In this document: positions 38,903 through 48,307 of the stretch, in pieces
Numbering within the stretch: the first letter of the stretch is position 1
Layout: each line of letters begins with the position of its first letter
Assembly (NCBI GenBank): GCA_050186235.1
Contig: JBFWYQ010000001.1
Coordinates: 422,678 to 486,677, forward strand
Source: Hyphomonadaceae bacterium
GTDB lineage: Bacteria > Pseudomonadota > Alphaproteobacteria > Caulobacterales > Aquidulcibacteraceae
Length of the DNA: 64,000 nt
Reading direction: 5' to 3'
Translations under genes and position numbers: made by a program
The notes under the pieces: generated by a model
What the model was told of the DNA's origin: nothing
What the model saw: only the letters and a program-made list of their open reading frames with translations
The model's database searches: none

Positions 38903-39760
38903 GTGAACACAGCAGTTATGGCGCCCTCGATCCGCATTGGCGTTGTCGCGCCGGCCAACCGCATCGATGAGGATATCGCCGCGCGCCTCAAGGCGTTCGC
39001 AACAGACAGTTTCCTCGATCGCGCGCCGGAAATCGTTGTCCATCCGCAATGTTTCCTGAGCGCCGGGCATTTCGCCGGCGACGATGACGTGCGCCTGAGA
39101 GCGTTCGTGGATTTCGCCAACGACCCCTCGCTCGACGCGATCTGGTTTGCCCGCGGCGGCTATGGCGCGTGCCGAATTGCCGAGGCAGCGCTGGCGCAAT
39201 TGAACGGCGCGTCGCGGGTGAAGACCTATCTCGGCTATAGCGACGCCGGCGTGCTCCTGGCCGGGCTCTACAAGAACGGCTACGCCAATCTTGCGCACGG
39301 ACCGATGCCGACAGACCTGATCCGGGCAGGCGGCGAGGGCGCGGTGAAGAGGGCGCTTGCCTGGCTCATCGACCGCTCCCCTGAGAGCCTTGAGCTGAGC
39401 GTCATCTACGAAGGCAAAACGGCTGCGTTCAACATCGAAGTTCTGGCTACGATCGTCGGCACTTCGCTCGAGCCCGACTTGAGCGATCACGTGCTGATGC
39501 TGGAAGAGGTGGGGGAGTACCTTTATCGCATCGACCGCGCCCTCTTCCACATCACCTCTTCCGCCAACGTGCGCCGCGTAAAGGGGATCAAGCTCGGGCG
39601 CGTGAGCGATATCATCGAGAACGACAAACCCTTCGGCGCCAACGAAGAAGAGATCGTACGCTACTGGTGCGCGAAGACCGACATTCCCTATCTCGGCCGC
39701 GCCGACATAGGTCACGACGTTGAGAACAAGGTGGTGCCGTTTGGGGCGTTGAAGCGTTAG
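38903..39760 (+). CDS. ldcA: LD-carboxypeptidase (S66)
   Basis: ARGGYGA, GYSD (Ser), LEEVGE (Glu), IGH (His) triad motifs. Confidence 0.9.
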   Translation: MNTAVMAPSIRIGVVAPANRIDEDIAARLKAFATDSFLDRAPEIVVHPQCFLSAGHFAGDDDVRLRAFVDFANDPSLDAIWFARGGYGACRIAEAALAQLNGASRVKTYLGYSDAGVLLAGLYKNGYANLAHGPMPTDLIRAGGEGAVKRALAWLIDRSPESLELSVIYEGKTAAFNIEVLATIVGTSLEPDLSDHVLMLEEVGEYLYRIDRALFHITSSANVRRVKGIKLGRVSDIIENDKPFGANEEEIVRYWCAKTDIPYLGRADIGHDVENKVVPFGALKR

Positions 39761-39948
39761 TCGAAGGAGTAGCGCTGCAGCCGCAGTCTGTGCCACAACC
39801 AAATCAACAGTACCACCGCCCCAGCAAATACAGCGAGCTCAACCCAGCCGTCCGTGCCCGCACGAATGAGCATGAGCACCGTGCTTACCAGTAACATCAG
39901 GCCGATCAGTTGAGCCGTCAGCGCCAGCGTACGCGGTAGTAGCCTCAC
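39757..39948 (-). CDS. Small 2-TM hypothetical protein, 63 aa
   Basis: GTG at 39948 overlaps the mazG stop (GTGA); two hydrophobic segments. Confidence 0.55.
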   Translation of the reverse strand: MRLLPRTLALTAQLIGLMLLVSTVLMLIRAGTDGWVELAVFAGAVVLLIWLWHRLRLQRYSFD

Positions 39949-40781
39949 GTCTTTTCCGCCCGCTTGGCCTCCAGCCATAGCGCTTCCATCTTGTCGAGCG
40001 GCTGCGGGCCTGTGCGGCCAGCTTCCGCCAGCGCACGTTCGATGTACTGAAAGCGGCGCGTGAACTTGGCGTTGGCGCGCCGGAGCGCTTCTTCAGGATC
40101 GACTTTCAGCTTGCGCGCCAGGTTGGCCATCACGAAGAGGATGTCGCCCATCTCTTCGGTGAGCGCTTCGTGGTCTTCCCTCGAGCGCGCGTCGTGCAGC
40201 TCGGCCAGCTCTTCTTCCAACTTCTCCAACACCTCGTCCGGCGTCGGCCAATCGAAATTGATGCGCGCGGCGCGCTTGGTGAGCTTGTCGGCGCGCATCA
40301 AAGCGGGAAGGGCCATGGGCACATCCGCCAGCAGCGAGGTGCCGCTGGCGGCGCGCTTCTCGGCTTTCAGCGCCTCCCAGGCCTGGGTCTGCTCTTCAGC
40401 GCTGCGTTCGATCTTGTCGTCGAACACGTGCGGATGGCGTTCGATCATCTTGTCAGCGAGCGCCTGGGCGACATCAGCGAAGTCGAACGCGCCTTGCTCC
40501 TCGGCCATGCGTGCGTGGAAGGCGACTTGAAACAGAAGATCGCCAAGCTCTTCCTTCAGCGCCGGCAGATCCTGACGCTCGATTGCATCGGCGACCTCGT
40601 AGGCTTCCTCGATCGTGTACGGCGCGATGGTCGCGAAGTTCTGCTCGATATCCCACGGGCAGCCGTGCTCAGGATCGCGAAGCCGCGCCATCACATCGAG
40701 CACGGCCTGCGTCGCGGCGGCATTGCGGGCGAGGGTTCGCAAGCTACTTTCTCTCACCTTTTCAGTGCTTTGCGTCGCCAT
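39945..40781 (-). CDS. mazG: Nucleoside triphosphate pyrophosphohydrolase
   Basis: LRDPEHGCPWD.EQ, EEAYEV, EELGDLL.Q..FH, RHPHVF, EEMGD.LF, NAKF.RRF. Confidence 0.97.
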   Translation of the reverse strand: MATQSTEKVRESSLRTLARNAAATQAVLDVMARLRDPEHGCPWDIEQNFATIAPYTIEEAYEVADAIERQDLPALKEELGDLLFQVAFHARMAEEQGAFDFADVAQALADKMIERHPHVFDDKIERSAEEQTQAWEALKAEKRAASGTSLLADVPMALPALMRADKLTKRAARINFDWPTPDEVLEKLEEELAELHDARSREDHEALTEEMGDILFVMANLARKLKVDPEEALRRANAKFTRRFQYIERALAEAGRTGPQPLDKMEALWLEAKRAEKT

Positions 40782-40822
40782 TCTATTCTCGCATAAGATA
40801 GATTATGAGAATCGATACCGAC

Positions 40823-41638
40823 TCAGATCGGATAATCGCCAGCCCAGCCATCGTACGCGGGTTCGACGCCGGCTGGCAGCCTCGCCTTCAGCGCCTGGTA
40901 GTCGAGATCGATGTGCATGTTGGTCAGCAGCGCCTGTGCCGGCTTCAGGCGCGTGATCCATTCGAGTGCGCGCTCGACATGAGCGTGCGTCGGATGCGGC
41001 GTGTCGCGCAGCGCATCGACGATCCAGAGCTTCAGGCCGTCGAGCTGAGCGAACGTCGTCTCAGGCATCGCCACGAGATCGTTCGAGTACGCGATCGATC
41101 CGATGCGGAAGCCGAGCGACTTCGAGAAGCCGTGATCCTGTTCGAGCGGCAGGACCTCGAGCGGCCCGCCCGGGCCATCTACGGTCACAGGCACGAGCGG
41201 CGTCATCTGGCCGGCGTCACGCGCGATTGCAGGATAGCCGCCCTCGCTGACGAACGCATAGCCGAAGCGCTGCATGAAGCTCGCGCGCGTCGCGGCGTCG
41301 ATCAAGGCCGGGATCTGGCGGCGCTGCTTGATGAAGAACGCCCGGATGTCGTCGAAGCCATGAATCTGGTCGGCGTGATCGTGGCTGATGAGGACGGCGT
41401 CGAGATGCGACGGTCCTGCCGCCGCCAGCTGCTGACGGAGTTCAGGCGGCGTGTCGATCAACACGGTGGTCGCCTCTTCCGGCCTGTCCGCCTCGCCCGA
41501 CCATTTCTGCAGCAACAGCCCACAGCGTGTGCGCCGGTTCTTGGGTTCGTTTGGATCGCACGCGCCCCAGTCGCCGGTGGCGCGCGGGACGCCGCCGGAC
41601 GAGCCGCAGCCCAGGATTGTGACGCGCAATGTGCCCAT
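40823..41638 (-). CDS. MBL-fold metallohydrolase (PhnP/YycJ-like)
   Basis: LGCGSSGGVP, LIDT, SHDHADQIHG, HPTHAH, TNMHIDLDY, PAYDG. Confidence 0.92.
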   Translation of the reverse strand: MGTLRVTILGCGSSGGVPRATGDWGACDPNEPKNRRTRCGLLLQKWSGEADRPEEATTVLIDTPPELRQQLAAAGPSHLDAVLISHDHADQIHGFDDIRAFFIKQRRQIPALIDAATRASFMQRFGYAFVSEGGYPAIARDAGQMTPLVPVTVDGPGGPLEVLPLEQDHGFSKSLGFRIGSIAYSNDLVAMPETTFAQLDGLKLWIVDALRDTPHPTHAHVERALEWITRLKPAQALLTNMHIDLDYQALKARLPAGVEPAYDGWAGDYPI

Positions 41639-41681
41639 TAGCGGAGGCCTCGCGGTCCGAGCTGGTGATGACTGCGCTCCC

Positions 41682-42473
41682 TCATGGCGTCACGCGCGGG
41701 ATGGTTGGGAAGAGGCGGTGGAAGTTATCGGCGAGCAGGGCGCTTGCCGCCTCTTCGCTCAAACCTCTGAGCTTCGCGAACGCGGTTTGCACCTCGGCGA
41801 CGTGCTTGGGCTCACAGCGTTGGCCGCGGTGCGGGACAGGGGCCAGGTAGGGGCAATCGGTCTCGACGATGACGCGGTTCAAGGGCACCTCCCTCGCGAT
41901 GGCGCGCACGTCGTCGGCGTTCTTGAAGGTCACGATGCCGGAGAACGAAAAGTACGCGCCGATGGCGAGCGCCCGGCGCGCGAGCTCAGGCCCGCTTGTG
42001 TAGCAGTGCATGAGGATGCGGAGAGGGCCCTTCCCCGCCTCCTCTTCCAGCAGTTCCGCCATGGCCGCATCCGCCTCGCGCGTATGGATGATCAGCGTCT
42101 TGCCGAGCGCATGCGCGGCCTTCGCGTGGACGCGGAAAACGGCGACCTGGTCTTCGAAGGGGCTGAACTTGTAGTGCTGATCGAGACCGGTTTCCCCTAC
42201 CCCTACCACCTTCTCGTGGCCCCCTAGTTCAATCAACCGCTCGGCGGTCAGATCGAGGTGATCCTTGGCATAATGCGGATGTGCGCCGACGCTGGCGTAG
42301 ATATCTTGGTGCCGTTCGGCGATGGCGATGACTTCGGGAAAGTTCTCGATCTTGTCGCAGATGGTGATCATGCGGGCGACGCCAGCTTGGCGTGCACGCG
42401 TTATGACATCGACTCGATCGGCGTCGAAGGCGTGATGGTGCAGGTTCACGTGACTATCTATCAGGAGCGTCAC
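41682..42473 (-). CDS. tatD: TatD family DNase/hydrolase
   Basis: IDSHVNLH, VGAHPH, GETGLD, IHTREA, MHCY, ETDCPYLAP; GTG 42473 overlaps the holB stop. Confidence 0.95.
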   Translation of the reverse strand: MTLLIDSHVNLHHHAFDADRVDVITRARQAGVARMITICDKIENFPEVIAIAERHQDIYASVGAHPHYAKDHLDLTAERLIELGGHEKVVGVGETGLDQHYKFSPFEDQVAVFRVHAKAAHALGKTLIIHTREADAAMAELLEEEAGKGPLRILMHCYTSGPELARRALAIGAYFSFSGIVTFKNADDVRAIAREVPLNRVIVETDCPYLAPVPHRGQRCEPKHVAEVQTAFAKLRGLSEEAASALLADNFHRLFPTIPRVTP

Positions 42474-43468
42474 CGGCGCGTGGCTCCCGCGCGATCGAGC
42501 ACGCCGGCGGCGCGCGCTAGCGCGTGCCGGGGATCCATGTCGAGGCCTTCGGCTTCGTCGCGCAGCGTCTCCAGGGCCGACCAGGCTTCGGCCCAGTGTT
42601 CGCCGCCCTGCTCCACGCCGGCAGCGCGCGTCCATTCGCCGGCCAGTTCGAGAACGCCCGCGAGCTTCTCGAACGGCTCGCCGCTCATTTTGTCATAGAG
42701 CCCGCCTAGCAACAGCGCCGATTCACCGCGTGCGATCTGGGCCCGCGCTCGCTTGGGGTCAGCGCCCGCCGGATCGACGCCTTGCGCTTTGAGAGCGATC
42801 GCGCGACCGGGACGGCCCTTTGCCAACGCAACGATGCCGGTGTCGGCGCCGCTGGCGTTGCGTACCTGCTCGTCACTTAGCGGCCTGAGCGCCAAGCGGC
42901 GGCAGCGCGAACGGATCGTCGGCAGAATGGCGCCCGGCGCGTGACACACCAGCAGCAGGATGGAACGCGCGGGCGGCTCTTCGAGCGTTTTCAGGATCGC
43001 GTTGGCGGCATTGCGGTTGAGGTCATCGACCGCATCGACGATCGCGACGCGCATGCCGCCTTCTGAGGGCGCCAAAGAAAAGAAATGCCCGAGGTCGCGC
43101 GCATCGTCGACGGCGATCTCGCGGCGCGGCTTGCCGCGTTCGTTCAAGCCCCGGCGCAGCACGAAGAGATCGGGGTGTGAGAGTGCAGTCACGCGCCGCG
43201 CGATAGTATCTTCGGGATCGACGTCCAGCGGCCGCGGACCGGTGCGCTTGGCGCCGAGCGCGGCGCGCGCGACGCGATAAGCCAATGTGGCTTTGCCCAC
43301 GCCTTTGGGCCCAGCGAGCAGCCAGGCGTGATGCATGCGTCCCCCGCGCAGGCCCTCGGCGAACGCCTCTTCCTCGGCCTCGTGACCGGTGAAAGAGAAG
43401 GTCTCGCGCGGGTGCGGCGCGCCTGGTTCCTTGTCCAGTTCGGGGGCAGGCTTTTCCGCCTTCATCAC
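42470..43468 (-). CDS. holB: DNA polymerase III delta' subunit
   Basis: HHAWLLAGPKGVGKATLA, HPDL, VAIVDAVDDLNRNAANAILKTLEEPP, LPTIRSRC. Confidence 0.93.
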   Translation of the reverse strand: MMKAEKPAPELDKEPGAPHPRETFSFTGHEAEEEAFAEGLRGGRMHHAWLLAGPKGVGKATLAYRVARAALGAKRTGPRPLDVDPEDTIARRVTALSHPDLFVLRRGLNERGKPRREIAVDDARDLGHFFSLAPSEGGMRVAIVDAVDDLNRNAANAILKTLEEPPARSILLLVCHAPGAILPTIRSRCRRLALRPLSDEQVRNASGADTGIVALAKGRPGRAIALKAQGVDPAGADPKRARAQIARGESALLLGGLYDKMSGEPFEKLAGVLELAGEWTRAAGVEQGGEHWAEAWSALETLRDEAEGLDMDPRHALARAAGVLDRAGATRR

Positions 43469-43472
43469 GGCC

Positions 43473-44666
43473 TTATGAAGGGCCGAAGAGGGTCAAGCGC
43501 AAGCCTTCCCAGGCGCGGACGAACCAGTTGGCGCGGCCGATGCTGCGCCCTGCCGCGAGCGGAAATTCTTGCGTCTGAAAATTGGGGCCGGCAATGACGA
43601 GGCGCGCCACGACATCGCCATCGGCGATTGGCGCCCGCAGCGGTCCGTCATAGACGATCTTCGCAGTCAATCCTTCCTGCACGCCGCGCGGGCCGCCTAT
43701 AATGATGTTTTGCTGCGCCACCAGCGGCACAGTTCCGCGCGAGCCCAAGCGCACGCGCGCTGCGCCCACTTCCTCGCCAGCGGCCGCCACCTGTGAGATC
43801 GAGAAATCGTTGAACGCCGCGCTCATCAGGCGTTGGGCCTCGGAGTTGCGCGACGCCATCGTCGGCAAGCCGTTGAAGACGACGATGCGGCGCTGCCCGT
43901 TGAGCACCGCCGATCCGATCAAGCCGTAGCCCGACTCATCGGTGTGGCCGGTCTTCACGCCATCGGCGCCGGCGAAGGCGCCGAGCAGCGGATTGCGGTT
44001 CTGCTGGGTGCGGTTGTTGAACGTGAACTGGCGGCGGGAATACACCGGATAGAATTCCGGATAGGTGGCGATCAAATAGCGTGCGAGCCGCGCCAAATCA
44101 GCCGAACTGATGCGCTGTTCTGCGTCGTCGACGCCGGTGACATTCCTGAAACGGGCCGACCGCAAGCCGAGTTCTTCCGCCCGCCGGTTCATCAACGCCA
44201 CGAACGCCTCCTCCGAACCGGCGATGCCCTCGGCCAGCACCACGCACGCATCGTTGGCCGACACGATGACGGCGCCTTGCAGCAGATCGCTCACCGCGAC
44301 TTCGGCGTCGATCGGCAGGAACATGTGCGAGCCGGTCGACATTGCGCCGTGCTCGCGCCAGGCATACTCGCTCACGCGGAAGCGGGTGCTCATCGTGATC
44401 TCGCGCGCGCGGAGCTTCTCCAGCACGATCAGCACGGTCATGAGCTTCGACATCGACGCCGGCGGGATCGGCGCGTCGCAATCCTGGCAGAGCAGGATCG
44501 CACCCGATGCGCCGTCCATGATGGTCACGTGCTGCGCCACAGCCGGCGGCGGAGGCGGCGCCGGCGGGCGGCGCAAACGGCGACGCTGTGCATCGGCGTC
44601 GGGCGCGAGCGCCAGCACCAGGAGCGCGATCAAAGCAAACGCGCCAAGCTTGCGCTGTGGAGACAT
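43473..44666 (-). CDS. dacA: D-alanyl-D-alanine carboxypeptidase (PBP5/6 family)
   Basis: PASMSK (SxxK), SAND (SxN), DGVKTGHT (KTG); signal peptide. Confidence 0.93.
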   Translation of the reverse strand: MSPQRKLGAFALIALLVLALAPDADAQRRRLRRPPAPPPPPAVAQHVTIMDGASGAILLCQDCDAPIPPASMSKLMTVLIVLEKLRAREITMSTRFRVSEYAWREHGAMSTGSHMFLPIDAEVAVSDLLQGAVIVSANDACVVLAEGIAGSEEAFVALMNRRAEELGLRSARFRNVTGVDDAEQRISSADLARLARYLIATYPEFYPVYSRRQFTFNNRTQQNRNPLLGAFAGADGVKTGHTDESGYGLIGSAVLNGQRRIVVFNGLPTMASRNSEAQRLMSAAFNDFSISQVAAAGEEVGAARVRLGSRGTVPLVAQQNIIIGGPRGVQEGLTAKIVYDGPLRAPIADGDVVARLVIAGPNFQTQEFPLAAGRSIGRANWFVRAWEGLRLTLFGPS

Positions 44667-44750
44667 CCGTTCCGCCGAATCGTTAGCGCGTTACGCGCAG
44701 GCCCAATGAAGCAGACCGGCGGAGCGCTTTCACGTCAACAAACTGGGGCG

Positions 44751-45914
44751 TCAGCGCGCTGCGACAACGGTGTCCGCGTAACCGAGGGAACTCAGTGTTC
44801 GACGGGCCGCGTCGGCCTCCTCGCGGCTCGCCCAGGGACCAAGCCGGACGCGAAACAATTCTACCCCGGACGGTGTCGATCGGACATCGATCGTCACGGG
44901 TCCGGCCGCAGCGATCTCAGCGCGGACGCGTTGGGCGTTCGCCGGATCCGAATACGCGCCCACCTGAACGAAGTAGCCGCCCACCGGCGGGGGTGGCGCG
45001 GCTTCCACAGGCGCGTCCGCGAGCTCGACGTTGTCCACAGGCGGCGGGAGCAGGGAGCGTGGCCCCTCTTCCGTCACCGCCGGTGAGGGGGCGGCGGGGA
45101 CTTGTGTGGAAGCGGGGGCAGGCGTGCCGTCCGCATTAACGCGGCGCGGCGCGGGGCCTAGATAACGAACGTGAACGCGAGCGTGGCCGTTCTGCTCGAA
45201 GTCCAAAGCTTGCGCGGCGCCAAGCGAGAGATCGATCAAGCGATTGCCGACAAACGGCCCGCGATCGTTGACGCGAACGATGACTTCGCGGCCGTTCTCG
45301 AGGTTGGTGACTTGCACGAGGCTGGGGATCGGCAAGGTCGGATGCGCGGCGGTGAGCGCGTTTTGATCGAACGGCTCCCCGCTCGCCGTCGGCCTGCCGT
45401 GGAATTGCTGACCATACCAAGAGGCCGTGCCGGTTTGCTCGTAACCAGGTTCCGGCGTCGGCACGTACCAGCGACCGCTGGCCTCGTAGGGAGGGCCGAC
45501 ACGCTCGCGTTCGAGCCAGGGCTGGGCGCCTTGCTCTGAAACTGGCGCGCTCTGCACCGGCCCAATTGGTTCTTGCTGCGTGTGCACTGGCGCGGGCGCT
45601 TCCGCCGGATCCGCTTCCTCGGTCTCGGCATCGATCGCCGGTTGCTGGATGATCACGGGCTGCGCGCGCCGCGCATCGGGCCGGCGCAAGTCGATGACGG
45701 CGCCGCGCGATCGGCGTTGCGAACCGCCGTAACCGTAGGAATTAGGGTCACCCCCCGAAAGGCCGACCGCGCCGAGCGATGCTGTCTCTGTCGCCGCCGC
45801 GTTCGCAGCGCTCCCCTGCCCGGCAAATGTTATGGGTGCGCGCTGGGCCGCAGCGCTCGTGGCGAACGCCATGAAGCCGAGGCACGTGACCAGAAGTGCG
45901 CGCGGACGAAGCAT
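44751..45914 (-). CDS. rlpA: RlpA-family lytic transglycosylase with SPOR domain
   Basis: G.ASWYG..FHGR.TASGE, TAAHPTLP.PS, VRVNDRGPF...R.IDLS; C-terminal VQVGAY...RVRLGP; ATG 45914 (TTG 45926 is an alternative). Confidence 0.93.
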   Translation of the reverse strand: MLRPRALLVTCLGFMAFATSAAAQRAPITFAGQGSAANAAATETASLGAVGLSGGDPNSYGYGGSQRRSRGAVIDLRRPDARRAQPVIIQQPAIDAETEEADPAEAPAPVHTQQEPIGPVQSAPVSEQGAQPWLERERVGPPYEASGRWYVPTPEPGYEQTGTASWYGQQFHGRPTASGEPFDQNALTAAHPTLPIPSLVQVTNLENGREVIVRVNDRGPFVGNRLIDLSLGAAQALDFEQNGHARVHVRYLGPAPRRVNADGTPAPASTQVPAAPSPAVTEEGPRSLLPPPVDNVELADAPVEAAPPPPVGGYFVQVGAYSDPANAQRVRAEIAAAGPVTIDVRSTPSGVELFRVRLGPWASREEADAARRTLSSLGYADTVVAAR

Positions 45915-46034
45915 CAAGGACCCCAACGCAACGAATTGCGACGCGACGTTATAAGGGCGCGGGCCTTTAGGCGGCGTAAGGTTTTATCGTTATTTCAACT
46001 TCATCACTAACTGGTGTTCACCAACCCGACGCGC

Positions 46035-47618
46035 TCAGCCTGCATCCACTGAAACATTCAGCCAGGCGAAGAAGGTCGCCAAGCAGTCCCTCTGTTGCGG
46101 CGGCATATATTCGAAGTTCCGACCGCGATCGATGATTTCCCAGAAGTCTTTGTTCTCGACGCTTTCGAGCTGGCGCTGAATGTTGCGCATCCTTTCGACC
46201 GGTTCGTCGCGCATGTCGCGCGCGATCGTGCGCGCACGTTCTTCTTGGCCGCTTGCGATATAGTAGGCGGCGAGCTTGACCTGGGCCTTGCGCACGCCCA
46301 TCAGCGCACGCTCCTGGCCGCGCACGAAGGGCGGGCGATCGAGTTCAAGGAAATCGTCGAGGATGTCTTTCTCGGCGGGCGACCCCAGTTCGTTTGCGTG
46401 CTGCGCCAGCGCCGAAAGATCGTAAGCTACCGTCTCGGTGACGAAGCTCAGATCCATCTCGAAGCTCACCAGGCCGTAGTACTTCATGTGTTTGACGCCA
46501 TCGCTTGCGGCGCGGTGCTGACCCTGGGCCAGCATGGATTCAATCAGCTTCCGGTACTGGTTCAGCACGTTATAGGCAGTGCGCACGTCGCGCGCGTTGA
46601 GTGTCGAGCGTAGATACGAATTGAGGAAGCGGAACACGAGATTGATCAGCGCGACGTCATTGGTCCGGCCCGCGGCTTCGCCAATGTAACGCGTATCGAT
46701 GGCGATGACGTAGTTGATGTCGCGCATCGAGCTCAGCGCTTCGTTGTAGATACTCAGATACTGGCGCATCACTTTCCACTCGACCCAGGTGCGCCGTGTT
46801 TCCAAATCGCCAAGCGACTCCGAGTCCATCGCCACGAAGTCCGGATTGGTGCGGATCTCGGGCCCGATCGAAAACCACGCTTCGCTCGCCTGTGGCTTCA
46901 CCTTGAGGTACTCGATGGCGAAGTCCTTCAACGCATCGGCCGCAGAACTGGCGATGATTTTGTCCTTTCCTGAGATCGAGTTGTTGGCGATGTCGGTCAA
47001 TTCTTCGAGCGAAAACAGCATTTGCGCCTGTGCCTCGAAGCAATTGTCGTGGTCCGACTTCAGGGCGCCGCTGCTGGCCCGCGCGATGGCGTCGCTGCGG
47101 ATGTGCCGGATCAGATTTTGCGGCTCCAGGAACCAGAACACGTATCCGAAATACGGCATCATGATCACAAGGCCGCCCATCGTCATGCAGAGCATCGCGA
47201 TCAGAGTCAGGCGCGGCACATAGTTGGATTGAACCGCCGAGCTCAGCCATGCGCCAACAACGCAGGTGACGACGTAATAAGCGGCGACGCGGATATTAAC
47301 GCGGTCACGCAGGAACATCCGCGCCACGCCGGTGTAGCGATCGGCGGACAATTGCACGATGATGCTGACGATGGTGATGACGATGCCGAAGACGGCCACG
47401 CTGATGCCGGCGAGCGCCGCGACCTGGTCAGAATCCGGATCAAAGGAAAAATAGCGCGTAAACGGGCCGTTGAATTCCACAACGCCGCGGAGCGCTTGCG
47501 CGAAATAGTGATCTGTTGAATAGAAAAGCCAGAAGACGATCAGCGCTGCCCAAGCGAGCACCGCCGTTTGCAGCGCGAACTTCCGGAACGTCTCCCTGCG
47601 GTCGTTGACCGCGCTCAT
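46035..47618 (-). CDS. Predicted membrane protein (DUF2254-like)
   Basis: N-terminal TMs with TIVSIIVQLSADRYT motif, then a soluble helical domain. Confidence 0.7.
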   Translation of the reverse strand: MSAVNDRRETFRKFALQTAVLAWAALIVFWLFYSTDHYFAQALRGVVEFNGPFTRYFSFDPDSDQVAALAGISVAVFGIVITIVSIIVQLSADRYTGVARMFLRDRVNIRVAAYYVVTCVVGAWLSSAVQSNYVPRLTLIAMLCMTMGGLVIMMPYFGYVFWFLEPQNLIRHIRSDAIARASSGALKSDHDNCFEAQAQMLFSLEELTDIANNSISGKDKIIASSAADALKDFAIEYLKVKPQASEAWFSIGPEIRTNPDFVAMDSESLGDLETRRTWVEWKVMRQYLSIYNEALSSMRDINYVIAIDTRYIGEAAGRTNDVALINLVFRFLNSYLRSTLNARDVRTAYNVLNQYRKLIESMLAQGQHRAASDGVKHMKYYGLVSFEMDLSFVTETVAYDLSALAQHANELGSPAEKDILDDFLELDRPPFVRGQERALMGVRKAQVKLAAYYIASGQEERARTIARDMRDEPVERMRNIQRQLESVENKDFWEIIDRGRNFEYMPPQQRDCLATFFAWLNVSVDAG

Positions 47619-47693
47619 GGCGCCGACGTGCCGGCTATGCGCGCCGGGAGGCCGCCTGCATCACTGAGCGCGATCGATGGCACTTTTGTCCCG

Positions 47694-48071
47694 TTAGATG
47701 CTTTCCAACCGCGAACTGACAATACCGGCGATGATCACCGCTGCATAGCAGGCGAACATGAGCGCGGCGAACTCGGCGCCGAGCGAGGCGTCGAGATTCG
47801 GAAACAGATTTCTGAAGCTGTTGATCTCGTAGATGCCGACGAGAAGACCCGGCACCGCCATGATCGAGGCGGCTTCGGCGCGGTCTGTGGGCGCAACGCG
47901 CAGAATTTTCAGGAAGAGATAGGTGATCACGAGCAGCGCCACCGGCAACGTCATGAAGAGCCAAGACACGCCGCCCGGACCGGTGGTGAATACCGTTTCT
48001 CCGACAAAGCGAAACGCGAGCGCGATACCGATCCAAAGCACAAAGCCGACGGCCATCCAGCGAACGATCAT
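47694..48071 (-). CDS. Small 4-TM membrane protein (DUF5367-like)
   Basis: GFVLWIG...FRFVG, PGLLV, FPNLD, FAALM...YA. Confidence 0.65.
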   Translation of the reverse strand: MIVRWMAVGFVLWIGIALAFRFVGETVFTTGPGGVSWLFMTLPVALLVITYLFLKILRVAPTDRAEAASIMAVPGLLVGIYEINSFRNLFPNLDASLGAEFAALMFACYAAVIIAGIVSSRLESI

Positions 48072-48266
48072 GACTTACCCCTCTATTGGCGCAGCGGCGC
48101 GCACGTTACGAATTCCCAATGGACCCCGCAATGGCTGCCGAAGTTGCCGCGGCCCGCAAAAGCCCAACCAATTCAAAGAAGAGGGTGCGCACGCCTGGCT
48201 CCTTCGCAGGCGCACACAAACGCCTCCCTTTCGAGATTTTCATTGACCTAGTCCGAATATTGGCGG

Positions 48267-48293
48267 CAATTCAAGGTGCGCGGTTTTGAATTG
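48267..48293. promoter_or_regulatory. Palindromic operator candidate in the divergent promoter
   Basis: CAATTCAA-N11-TTGAATTG perfect 8-bp inverted repeat just upstream of the AGGA RBS of 48308; TTGACC at 48243. Confidence 0.5.
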
Positions 48294-48307
48294 AGTAGGA
48301 AAGCGAC

